From positions 6,216 to 70,215 of the forward strand of contig PDTV01000011.1 in assembly GCA_002747185.1 (NCBI GenBank): DNA of 64,000 nucleotides, read 5' to 3'. This document shows positions 7,847 to 17,293 of this stretch, piece by piece. The translations under genes and the position numbers were made by a program. The stretch is from Candidatus Contendibacter odensensis (GTDB lineage Bacteria > Pseudomonadota > Gammaproteobacteria > Competibacterales > Competibacteraceae). The notes below the pieces were generated by a model that worked only from the letters and a program-made list of their open reading frames with translations, searched no databases and had not been told where the DNA came from. Positions within the stretch are counted from its first letter, which is position 1, and the number at the start of each line of letters is the position of its first letter.

Positions 7847-9985
7847 CTAACTTGCAGCCATTTTCAGGGCGAGCACAATCACTGACCATGGCTTTACCTG
7901 AAAGTCATTATCGGCTTGTACCAGGCTTTCTACAGAAAGCTGCTCAGGGTGAAAAGTATCCAGTAAACAGTACCAATGATCGCTATTTTTGATCCGGGGA
8001 AGCTGGAATGAAATATTTGCCGCACTGGCATTAAAAATAACCAGTAGCGTATCATCCGTATCAGGGTAACCGTCTGTTGTGAAAAATTCGCCGGCATCAC
8101 CCGATAACAACATACCAAAACATCGAGCTTTCGGTTCTTGCCAGTCATGGTTATTCATGGCTTCACCGCCTGGGCTTATCCAGGCGATATCGTGCAGGTC
8201 GGTAGTATCGGATGTTTGAAAGCCATGCATAAAGCGGGATCTACGTAACACCGGATGCTCATGGCGCATGTAAATCAGACGACGCACAAAATCAGCAAAC
8301 GCTTGTTCTTCATCCGGGATATCTTGCCAATTGATCCAGTTAATTGCATTGTCTTGGCAGTAGGCGTTGTTATTACCGTGCTGGCTACGACCAAATTCAT
8401 CGCCGGCTAATAGCATTGGGGTACCTTGAGCAAGGAATACCGTTGCAAGCATATTGCGTCGTTGGCGCTGCCGTAGTTGCTGGATGCCGGGGTCTTCGGT
8501 TGGGCCTTCAATACCATGATTATTACTGAAATTACTCGGATGGCCATCACGGTTGTCTTCACCATTAATCTCATTATGGCGCTCGTTATATGAAACGAGG
8601 TCAGCCAGCGTAAAGCCATCATGGCTGGCAACGTAGTTAACTGTGGCCCATGGTCGCCGACTGTCATGCTCGAACAGGTCACTGGATGCCAGCAGGTTAG
8701 GGGCCAACCGGGCAATCATATTATCATCCCCGCACCAGAAGCGCCGAACAGTGTCACGGAAGCGATCATTCCATTCGGCAGTTCCTGGCGGGAATCCACC
8801 GAGCTGGTAACCTCCCGGGCCGATATCCCAAGGCTCGGCAATAATCTTGACCCGTGACATGGCAGGATCCTGGCTGATGGCATCAAAGAAACCACTACTG
8901 CGGTCGTAGCCATATTCTTCACGAGCCAGGGTAACTGCCAGGTCGAAGCGGAAACCATCAATATGTATTTCATTGACCCAGTAGCGCAGGCTATCCATAA
9001 CCATCTGCAAAACACGAGGGTGGGTTAGGTTCAGGGTATTTCCACAACCGGTATCGTTGATATAGAAGCGGCGATTTTCAGGTTGCAGTCGGTAGTAAGA
9101 GGCATTATCGATACCTCGAAAACTGAGTGTTGGCCCTAATTCGTTACCCTCAGCCGTGTGGTTATAGACTACATCCAGCAGCACTTCGATACCCGCATCG
9201 TGCAACTGCTTGACCATGTTTTTGACTTCTGCCAGATCGCCACCGCCCAAATAGCGCATTTCTGGCGCAAAGAAACAGAGCGTGTTATATCCCCAGTAAT
9301 TGCGTAACCCGCGGTCGGTAAGGAAGCGGTCATCAACAAAGGCATGAATAGGCATCAACTCGACGGCAGTGATCCCAAGTGATCGTAGATACTTAATGAT
9401 CTCGGGGTGGGAGAGACCCGCAAATGTGCCGCGCAGGTGATCAGGAATCTCCGGATGCTTGATGGTGAATCCCCGAACATGTGTTTCATAAATGATGGTT
9501 TTTTGCCAGGGTATCTCAGGTGCATGATCATTTGCCCAGGCAAAATGGGTATCAGCGACAACGCATTTGATCATCTCATGGGCATTGTCACGGGTATCGA
9601 AGGACAGATCGGCGTCATGATGACCGACCTGATAGCCACAATGCTCATCACGTAAGTGCAGAGAACCATAAAACTGTTTAGCATAAGGGTCCAATAGCAG
9701 TTTATGGTGATTGAAGCGGTGGCCATTACTGGGTTCATAAGGCCCAAAAACCCGATAACCATATAAGGCACCTGGCCAGATCCCGGGAACGTAGCCATGC
9801 CAAATCTGATCGGTGTTCTCAGGAAGTGCCAGGCGCTCAACTTCACGTTGGCCTGATGGATCGAATAAACACAATTCGATTTTCTCTGCGTGGGCGGAAA
9901 AAATAGCAAAATTAACACCTTTTCCATCCCAGTTTGCACCGAGTGGATACGGCTTTCCAGGCCACACACGAGCACGTGATGACAT
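7847..9985 (-). CDS. glgX: Glycogen debranching enzyme
   Basis: 712 aa. The N-terminus GKPYPLGANWDGKGVNFAIFS and the GH13 catalytic motifs (GFRFDLA, EPWD) are present. The SD lies at the complement of 9991-9997. Confidence 0.9.
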   Translation of the reverse strand: MSSRARVWPGKPYPLGANWDGKGVNFAIFSAHAEKIELCLFDPSGQREVERLALPENTDQIWHGYVPGIWPGALYGYRVFGPYEPSNGHRFNHHKLLLDPYAKQFYGSLHLRDEHCGYQVGHHDADLSFDTRDNAHEMIKCVVADTHFAWANDHAPEIPWQKTIIYETHVRGFTIKHPEIPDHLRGTFAGLSHPEIIKYLRSLGITAVELMPIHAFVDDRFLTDRGLRNYWGYNTLCFFAPEMRYLGGGDLAEVKNMVKQLHDAGIEVLLDVVYNHTAEGNELGPTLSFRGIDNASYYRLQPENRRFYINDTGCGNTLNLTHPRVLQMVMDSLRYWVNEIHIDGFRFDLAVTLAREEYGYDRSSGFFDAISQDPAMSRVKIIAEPWDIGPGGYQLGGFPPGTAEWNDRFRDTVRRFWCGDDNMIARLAPNLLASSDLFEHDSRRPWATVNYVASHDGFTLADLVSYNERHNEINGEDNRDGHPSNFSNNHGIEGPTEDPGIQQLRQRQRRNMLATVFLAQGTPMLLAGDEFGRSQHGNNNAYCQDNAINWINWQDIPDEEQAFADFVRRLIYMRHEHPVLRRSRFMHGFQTSDTTDLHDIAWISPGGEAMNNHDWQEPKARCFGMLLSGDAGEFFTTDGYPDTDDTLLVIFNASAANISFQLPRIKNSDHWYCLLDTFHPEQLSVESLVQADNDFQVKPWSVIVLALKMAAS

Positions 9986-10002
9986 ACTAGCCCCCTTATT
10001 TT

Positions 10003-10014
10003 TTGTAACTAAAG
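10003..10014 (+). promoter_or_regulatory. Ter-like site: 12-nt identity (TTGTAACTAAAG) to the E. coli TerA/TerB core
   Basis: The context is cttattttTTGTAACTAAAGc. The site lies 145 nt beyond the stop of the Tus-like gene and 18 nt upstream of the glgX start codon. The flanking Ter positions 6, 8 and 10 differ from E. coli. Confidence 0.3.
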
Positions 10015-10158
10015 CAGCAATTGATAAAAAAATGCCCGCACAATCAATTCAAGTTTTTTTAAGTGTATGCATAGTGTAGGCAATTTTATTTGTATCGTTA
10101 TACCTGAATTTACCAGTCATTTTTATATAGTTTTTATATCATCATATTACTAATAAAC

Positions 10159-11067
10159 TCACCGGTATTCAGAACGATACCTGTACACCCGAACAAGCGG
10201 CAAGAAAGGATCATCCTCAATACGCACATCAGCACGACGCAACCGGGGCACAAGGGGCGGGTCAGGGGGCACCGGTACAAATTCAGGGAACGACTCGCCT
10301 TCAAGTGGCACCAATATCGGTAGCGGAGCCTGCATTAAACGGCGCTGCACCCCATTGGAAGATGCCAAATCAGCAAATACAACATTAGCACGCAAATGAG
10401 GGCACACACTACGAACCCGCGCCAGCATCTCATCTTCAGCTATTTTGGCAAGTCGCTGCAATTCCAGACGTGTCTGCGGCGTCTCAATCCGCTTCTCCAG
10501 CAACTGACGCGCCGTGGCTACACTGGTCCGCTGGATAACACGCCCACGCTTAGACCAAGTAAAACCAACCTTCAGCGGACACCGATCCAAAAGGGGAATA
10601 TGACGGTAGGCCTGCTTAAGATTAAGACGAGCAGCCCCCATACGCTGCATGGCCATTGCAACTTTTTCCGACCGACGAAACAAATCAGCCATAACCTCAT
10701 TGGTTTGAGTGCGCGCCAGAACCTTGAGCGCCAACACACTCGCCTTAAAATTCTCCTTGGCAATATTACAAGCATGCGCAGCAGCCAATGTAGCCACACT
10801 GGCACCGACTATCCCAGGACACGTTAACGTCTCACGACCGTCCTGACTAGCTTCATACCAGAGTGCGCGATACAAATCTATTGCCTTTTCACGCATATCT
10901 ACATGGTTAGTCAGTTCCAGCTCGGTACGTGATACCCAAACCTGAAGTGCTGCATCTTGTCGAACTGCCGTACAGCACTCATTCAAGCTGTTAATCAACG
11001 CATCAAAGCGCTCTAATAAATCCATTTGCAGCGTAACAAGTGTTGCTGCCCTGGCCTGTTTTTTCAT
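10159..11067 (-). CDS. Candidate Tus-family DNA replication terminus site-binding protein (distant)
   Basis: 302 aa. It shows collinear by-eye similarity to E. coli Tus (309 aa): DLLERF/DLVDRL, TCPGIV/RLPGVL, LKQAYR/LNAYR, LKVGFTWSKR/LRFGWANKH, QLLEK/AQLEK and LVRVYRY/RLHLYV. It lies 23 nt downstream of cysB, with a ggaggg SD. Confidence 0.45.
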   Translation of the reverse strand: MKKQARAATLVTLQMDLLERFDALINSLNECCTAVRQDAALQVWVSRTELELTNHVDMREKAIDLYRALWYEASQDGRETLTCPGIVGASVATLAAAHACNIAKENFKASVLALKVLARTQTNEVMADLFRRSEKVAMAMQRMGAARLNLKQAYRHIPLLDRCPLKVGFTWSKRGRVIQRTSVATARQLLEKRIETPQTRLELQRLAKIAEDEMLARVRSVCPHLRANVVFADLASSNGVQRRLMQAPLPILVPLEGESFPEFVPVPPDPPLVPRLRRADVRIEDDPFLPLVRVYRYRSEYR

Positions 11068-11090
11068 AACGCAAAGTACCCTCCACCCAT

Positions 11091-12068
11091 TTAATAAACA
11101 GGCAATTGCACATTACTGAACAGGGCATCTACCTCCTCAAGGGATTCCGCTTTTTCAGCTTTCCTAACACGATCTTGAGAGAAATGAGATGAAAACAGCT
11201 CCATAAAAGCATACATATAACACCTCAAAAACATACCACGCCGAAAGCCCAATTTAGTCACATTCATTGCAAACAAATGACCCGCATCAAGGCGAATCAA
11301 ATCCTGATCATATAATGGGTCATAAGCCATCCTCGCAATGATACCAACACCCATACCAAGTCGAACATAAGCTTTAATAACATCAGCATCAGTAGCCGTA
11401 AAAGCAACATTGGGTTTCAGTTGTGCATTCCGGAAGGCTTCATCCAGCTGCGATTGGCCTGTAAATCCAAAGACATAAGTCACTAATGGGTAACGGGCAA
11501 CATCATTCAGTGTCAACTGGTCAATTTCAACCAAAGGGTGTCCCCGGGGAACCAATATACAACGCCTCCAAATATAACAAGGCATCATGACCAGATCATC
11601 AAAAAGCTCCAGCGCTTCAGTGGCAATAGCAAAATCGACCTCCCCGGACCGAACCAATTCAGCAATTTGTGCTGGCGATCCCTGATGAACCTGGAGTGTA
11701 ACTGCCGGATAATGCTCACGAAATGTTCGTAACACTGGAGGAAGTGCATAGCGTGCCTGGGTATGGGTCGTTGCAATTGACAAGCTACCACGTCGATCAT
11801 CCCGATATTCTTCCGATAAAATTTGAATATTATTGACTTCACGAAGAATGGCTTCCGCCTTAGCAATAATCTGGTGGCCTACGGGTGTAATCCCGGATAA
11901 ATGTTTGCCATTACGGCTAAATAATTCAACCCCAAGCTCCTCTTCAAGAAGTCGTAACTGCTTGCTAATGCCGGGTTGTGAAGTATAAAGACTCTCGGCT
12001 GCGGCAGAAATATTTAGACCATTACGAACAATGGCAATCAGATAACGCAGTTGTTGCAGCTTCATCAA
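11091..12068 (-). CDS. cysB: LysR-family regulator CysB
   Basis: It closely follows E. coli CysB along its whole length (MKLQQLRY..., LYTSQPGISKQ, ATTHTQARYALP, FTATDADVIKTYVRLG-type segments). The start codon could be either of two adjacent Met codons. Confidence 0.85.
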   Translation of the reverse strand: MMKLQQLRYLIAIVRNGLNISAAAESLYTSQPGISKQLRLLEEELGVELFSRNGKHLSGITPVGHQIIAKAEAILREVNNIQILSEEYRDDRRGSLSIATTHTQARYALPPVLRTFREHYPAVTLQVHQGSPAQIAELVRSGEVDFAIATEALELFDDLVMMPCYIWRRCILVPRGHPLVEIDQLTLNDVARYPLVTYVFGFTGQSQLDEAFRNAQLKPNVAFTATDADVIKAYVRLGMGVGIIARMAYDPLYDQDLIRLDAGHLFAMNVTKLGFRRGMFLRCYMYAFMELFSSHFSQDRVRKAEKAESLEEVDALFSNVQLPVY

Positions 12069-12111
12069 AAGTCCTGAAATAGATTACTTAAACAGAAAAA
12101 TACCCAGGAAA

Positions 12112-14334
12112 CTAATCCTGTGCACAAGATTCATCATTAAATGGAAAACGAAGCAGAATAATACCTGTTAATGGAGGCAAGTTTACTACCAGTGAATACG
12201 GTTGGTGCATATAAGCCATTGGAGTCGCGGCTATATTTTTATTGACCAAACCACGACCACCGTAACATGGCGCATCAGAGTTCATAACTTCTACATAGTA
12301 ACCCGGAGCAGGTACTCCAATCTGATAGTCACGATAGGTTATGGCAGAAAAATTCAGTATAACAATCATCAATTGAGATTCAGTATGGCGGGAGTACACA
12401 ATAACTGATTGTGATGCGCCGCAACAATCAATCCATCGAAACCCATCTTGAGAAAAATCACATTTATGCAGGCTTTCCTTTGCGAGATATAATTTATTTA
12501 GATCGCCAACCAGCTGGTGTATGCCCGCATGCTCAGGCGTAGCCAAAAGATCCCAATCCAGCGTTCCAGAGTAATCCCATTCATTTTTTTGAGAGAACTC
12601 ACTGCCCATAAATAATAACTTCTTACCCGGATACGTCCACATATAGACATAGAGCAATCGCAAATTAGCAAATTTTTGAACAGGATCCCCCGGCATCTTC
12701 TCTAGCAAAGAGCCCTTACCATGGACCACTTCATCATGAGAGAAGGGCAGTACAAAATTTTCATTAAACGCATATAACAAACTAAAGGTCAAAATGTCAT
12801 GATAATGATTACGCAAAGCGGGATCCAGGGTTAGAAATTCCAACACATCGTGCATCCAGCCCATATTCCATTTCATCCCGAATCCTAGTCCGCCCATCCC
12901 GGAAGGTCGGGTCACAAAGGGCCAGGCTGTCGATTCTTCAGCAATAATCAACACACCAGGAAAACGTCGGCGAATGACATCATTCATTTCCCGCAAAAAT
13001 GCAACAGCTTCAATATTTTCGTTTCCACCTAATGGGTTAGGTGACCATTCCCCAGATTCGCGGGCGTAATCCAAATAGAGCATGGATGCAACAGCATCAA
13101 CCCGCAAACCATCCAAATGACACTCCTCCAGCCAGAAACAAGCGCTTGCCAATAAAAAGTTTTTAACTTGTGTGCAGCTATAGTCGAATGTTAATGTACC
13201 CCAACCACGATGTTCCCGCCGGTTCGGGTCAGTGTGCTCATATAAAAAAGAACCGTCAAAGCAGGCCAATGAATGCTTATCCTTGGGAAAATGACCGGGT
13301 ACCCAATCGAGGATCACACCAATACCAGCCTGATGACAATAATCGACAAATTGACGAAAGTCATCAGGATTGCCATGACGACTCGTGGGTGCAAAATAGC
13401 CGGTAGGTTGATAACCCCAAGAGGCGTCCAGGGGATGCTCGGTAATCGGCATCAATTCGATGTGTGTAAAACCCAGGGCACTGACATAGGCAACCAGGCG
13501 CTGCGCTAACTCCTTATAATTTAAATACCCGCCATCCTTGTCACGTTGCCAGGAGCCGAGATGGACTTCATAAATGGATAACGGCATCTGATTCCAGTCA
13601 CGCTGGTGTTGAAGCTGCATCCAGGCCTGGTCATGCCAAGGGTAAGGTGTGTCACTGGTAACGATGGCAGCTACCGCAGGCCGTTTTTCAAAATGTTGGC
13701 CATAGGGGTCAGTTTTCCTGAGCAGCTCGCCGGTATCGCGGACACGCAACTCGAATTGATAGCGGTCACCTATCGCTGCACCAGGAATAAAAAGCTCCCA
13801 GATACCGTCACGCCAACGCATCGGATGACAGGTTGCATGCCAGGCATTGAAATCGCCCAGCACGCTGACCCGCTCAGCATTTGGTGCCCAGATAGCGAAC
13901 AGTATGCCTTCAATACCTTCTATTATCCGAGGGTGGGCACCTAGTACCCGATAGGTATTTAAATGACGGCCTTTATGAAACAAATCCAGGTCATATCGGC
14001 TTAATTGCGCTTCAAAACTGTAGGGATCATAAATAATATGTTCCTGGCCTTCAGCATCGATCCACGCCATCTGATAGTGCCGTGGCAAGACGACACCTTG
14101 ACCTGTCCACTCGAATAACGGGGTGTCTGCAATCCGCCGCAACAGAAAATCACCTTCCAGCAAGTAAACTTGACAGGCATCAGGCAAGAAAGCGCGAATC
14201 GCAATATTGTCACCACGTCGATGGCAACCCAGCACGGCAAATGGGTCAGGATGATGCCCATCGCGCAGGAGGGTAGCGGCAGTGAGCAAATCACCTTCAG
14301 ATAGCAGGGTGTTGTCGTATTCCGAGTCACTCAT
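12112..14334 (-). CDS. glgB: 1,4-alpha-glucan branching enzyme
   Basis: 740 aa. It has the GH13_9 motifs (DWVPGHF, GLRVDAVASM, IAEESTAWP) and the usual N-terminal CBM48 region. Confidence 0.9.
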   Translation of the reverse strand: MSDSEYDNTLLSEGDLLTAATLLRDGHHPDPFAVLGCHRRGDNIAIRAFLPDACQVYLLEGDFLLRRIADTPLFEWTGQGVVLPRHYQMAWIDAEGQEHIIYDPYSFEAQLSRYDLDLFHKGRHLNTYRVLGAHPRIIEGIEGILFAIWAPNAERVSVLGDFNAWHATCHPMRWRDGIWELFIPGAAIGDRYQFELRVRDTGELLRKTDPYGQHFEKRPAVAAIVTSDTPYPWHDQAWMQLQHQRDWNQMPLSIYEVHLGSWQRDKDGGYLNYKELAQRLVAYVSALGFTHIELMPITEHPLDASWGYQPTGYFAPTSRHGNPDDFRQFVDYCHQAGIGVILDWVPGHFPKDKHSLACFDGSFLYEHTDPNRREHRGWGTLTFDYSCTQVKNFLLASACFWLEECHLDGLRVDAVASMLYLDYARESGEWSPNPLGGNENIEAVAFLREMNDVIRRRFPGVLIIAEESTAWPFVTRPSGMGGLGFGMKWNMGWMHDVLEFLTLDPALRNHYHDILTFSLLYAFNENFVLPFSHDEVVHGKGSLLEKMPGDPVQKFANLRLLYVYMWTYPGKKLLFMGSEFSQKNEWDYSGTLDWDLLATPEHAGIHQLVGDLNKLYLAKESLHKCDFSQDGFRWIDCCGASQSVIVYSRHTESQLMIVILNFSAITYRDYQIGVPAPGYYVEVMNSDAPCYGGRGLVNKNIAATPMAYMHQPYSLVVNLPPLTGIILLRFPFNDESCAQD

Positions 14335-14487
14335 TAACAGTATTAGTTATCACGGGATATGATAGTCAGTGGCAAAAATTGCTTTTGGAGTACTAATATT
14401 AGACATCATCCAAAAGCATCCTGGATTAATGCTAGATGCTTTGTATCTAACCAATTGAGAATTATAGCAAAGAGGTCGATCAAGCGC

Positions 14488-15759
14488 ATGAGCGCCGCGA
14501 CTGCATCACGTTTCGTTAGCCGCCTAACCCGAGGAACTGTGGCACTCATTCTAGCTGGAGGCCGAGGTAGCCGGCTAAAACAGTTAACACTTTGGCGAGC
14601 CAAGCCAGCAACGCCATTCGGCGGAAAGTATCGAATTATCGACTTCCCCTTGTCAAACTGCATTAATTCAGGAATAAGACGCATTTGTGTACTCACTCAG
14701 TACAAGGCACACTCCCTGATCCAGCATATCCAGCGTGGCTGGGGCTTTTTGCGTGGTGAATTTGGTGAATTTGTCGAGCTATTGCCAGCACAACAGCGCA
14801 TCGATGAGGAGTCCTGGTATAAAGGGACCGCAGATGCCGTTTATCAAAATATGGATATATTGCGCAACCATGATCCCGAATTTGTCCTCATTCTCGCCGG
14901 TGATCACATTTACAAAATGGATTATGGTCCTATGCTGGCTCACCATATTGAAAATGAAGCGGATGTTACCGTTGGCAGTATTGAGGTGCCACAACAACGG
15001 GCTTATGCGTTTGGGGTACTGACAGTAAACGAGCACAATGAGATTATCCGCCTCGTTGAGAAACCGCAGGAACCTGAAACCTTGTTGGAGCGAGGCGATG
15101 TGGCACTGGTTTCGATGGGTATTTATGTATTTAGTACCCGATTTTTATATCAGTGCCTGATTGAAGATGCCAGCCAAATAGGTTCGCAGCATGATTTTAG
15201 TCGGGATATCATCCCAAAATTACTTGAACACTATCGCGTTATTGCCTATCCCTTCCACGATGTGCAGACCAAGGCCAAGGGGTATTGGCGTGATGTCGGT
15301 ACCGTAGATGCTTTTTGGAAATCGAATACTGAGCTGGTGGACATCGACCCGGAGTTGAATCTGTATGATGGGCATTGGCCAATCTGGACCTATCAGGATC
15401 AGTCACCGCCAGCCAAGTTTGTATTTGATGATGAAGGGCGACGTGGCATGGCCGTTGACTCAATGATTGCGGATGGTTGCATTATTTCGGGTGGCTACGT
15501 TAATCACTCGCTTTTGTTTTCGAAAGTCCAGGTGCACTCCTTCGCGGAATTGCACGACGTTGTTATATTGCCGGGAGTCGATATCGGCCGCTATTGCCGA
15601 CTACGCAAAACCATTATCGAACGAGGTTGTATTATCCCGCCCGGCACGGTCATCGGTGAGGATCCTGAGGAGGATACCCGCCGGTTTTACCGTACAGAGA
15701 ACGGCGTGGTTCTGGTTACACCTGAAATGCTGGGACAAGCATTTCATAATATCCGCTGA
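14488..15759 (+). CDS. glgC: Glucose-1-phosphate adenylyltransferase
   Basis: I placed the start at ATG 14488 (MSAATASRFV...LILAGGRGSRLK), downstream of the first in-frame Met of the ORF track. The protein has the typical ADP-glucose pyrophosphorylase body and a left-handed beta-helix tail. Confidence 0.9.
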   Translation: MSAATASRFVSRLTRGTVALILAGGRGSRLKQLTLWRAKPATPFGGKYRIIDFPLSNCINSGIRRICVLTQYKAHSLIQHIQRGWGFLRGEFGEFVELLPAQQRIDEESWYKGTADAVYQNMDILRNHDPEFVLILAGDHIYKMDYGPMLAHHIENEADVTVGSIEVPQQRAYAFGVLTVNEHNEIIRLVEKPQEPETLLERGDVALVSMGIYVFSTRFLYQCLIEDASQIGSQHDFSRDIIPKLLEHYRVIAYPFHDVQTKAKGYWRDVGTVDAFWKSNTELVDIDPELNLYDGHWPIWTYQDQSPPAKFVFDDEGRRGMAVDSMIADGCIISGGYVNHSLLFSKVQVHSFAELHDVVILPGVDIGRYCRLRKTIIERGCIIPPGTVIGEDPEEDTRRFYRTENGVVLVTPEMLGQAFHNIR

Positions 15760-15816
15760 TCTTTTCGCCTAAAGCCAGCAGCAATCACATCATAATCTTT
15801 AAGGAGTTATTGACTC

Positions 15817-17283
15817 ATGAGCGGGAATGCGCCCTTCGTTCAGCGCCGTGCCGGGCTTTTACTTCATCCGACATCGTTGCCAGGTGATCATGGTAGTGGC
15901 GATTTGGGGCCAAACGCTTACCGGTTTATCGAATTTATGGCTGCTTGTGGCTTTACCATGTGGCAAACACTGCCACTAGGGCCACCTCACGATGATTTAT
16001 CGCCTTACTCGGCGCAATCTGTACATGCGGGCAATCCTCGCCTGATTGCGCTAGAGCCGCTGATTGAAGCCGGCTGGTTACAAGAAGATGGTGGCGGGCA
16101 AGGGTGGGATTATCGTCAGCAGCGATTGGCCGAAGCCTACCGGAGCTTTGTCAATGATGGTGGTTCCAGGCATGAGGATTATATCGCTTTTCAGGCGCAA
16201 CATGCTTATTGGCTAGACGATTACGTGCTGTATCAAGCTATCCGCAAAGCACATGATCAGTGGGCATGGTTTGATTGGCCAACTGAGTTGCGTGACCGCG
16301 AACCGGAGGCTATCGCAGCTGCACGAAAAGATTATGCTGAAAGTATCGCACAATACACTTTTGAACAATTTTTATTCTTCCAGCAATGGATAACGCTCAA
16401 GCGTTACGCGAATGAGCATGGCATACTGATTTTTGGTGATATACCCCTTTTTGTCGGTTATGACAGCGCTGATGTCTGGGCGCAACGTGAGGCCTTTCAA
16501 CTTGATCAGAGCGGGCAGAGGAAAGTGGTTGCTGGTGTACCGCCGGATTATTTTTCGGAAACAGGTCAATTATGGGGCAATCCACATTATTCGTGGAAAG
16601 CGATGCAAGCAGACGGCTTTGAATGGTGGAAGCAACGTATCCGTACCCAATTTACGCAGTTTGATTTGTTGCGTATTGACCATTTTCGAGGGTTGGAAGC
16701 CTATTGGGAGATTCCTGCTGATGCGGACACAGCGGTTCATGGTCGCTGGCAACAGGCTCCAGGCCATGAATTACTCAACACGCTACAGCAGGAATTTGGT
16801 GAGTTACCGCTGGTTGCAGAAGATCTCGGGATTATTACCGATGACGTTGAAGCATTACGTGATGCTCATAATTTACCGGGCATGAAGGTTTTGCATTTCG
16901 CTTTTGGAGGTGGCGCGAATAACCCTTATTTGCCTCATAATCATATCGTCAACTCAGTGGTTTATACCGGCACACACGATAACAATACAACACTGGGCTG
17001 GTTTGAAGAGCTTGATGAAAGCACGCGAGCACATGTATTTGGCTATTTAGGAGGAGATGCCGGGCAAATGCCTGAGTTACTGGTACGGACCGCTCTGGCT
17101 TCAGTGGCACGACTCGCTATTATACCGATGCAGGATGTATTAAAGCTGGGTGGTGAGGACAGGATGAATCGACCCGGTACACCTGATGGAAACTGGACAT
17201 GGCAGTTTCAATGGGAACAGGTGGAGCCACAGCTTGCCGGGCGTTACCGGTCCTTGTTGAGCATGTACGGACGTATCGTTTGA
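15817..17283 (+). CDS. malQ: 4-alpha-glucanotransferase (amylomaltase)
   Basis: 488 aa. It has the GH77 pattern (RRAGLLLHPTSLPG, RIDHFRG, AEDLG, TGTHDN). Confidence 0.9.
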   Translation: MSGNAPFVQRRAGLLLHPTSLPGDHGSGDLGPNAYRFIEFMAACGFTMWQTLPLGPPHDDLSPYSAQSVHAGNPRLIALEPLIEAGWLQEDGGGQGWDYRQQRLAEAYRSFVNDGGSRHEDYIAFQAQHAYWLDDYVLYQAIRKAHDQWAWFDWPTELRDREPEAIAAARKDYAESIAQYTFEQFLFFQQWITLKRYANEHGILIFGDIPLFVGYDSADVWAQREAFQLDQSGQRKVVAGVPPDYFSETGQLWGNPHYSWKAMQADGFEWWKQRIRTQFTQFDLLRIDHFRGLEAYWEIPADADTAVHGRWQQAPGHELLNTLQQEFGELPLVAEDLGIITDDVEALRDAHNLPGMKVLHFAFGGGANNPYLPHNHIVNSVVYTGTHDNNTTLGWFEELDESTRAHVFGYLGGDAGQMPELLVRTALASVARLAIIPMQDVLKLGGEDRMNRPGTPDGNWTWQFQWEQVEPQLAGRYRSLLSMYGRIV

Positions 17284-17293
17284 GGTTTAGGTT

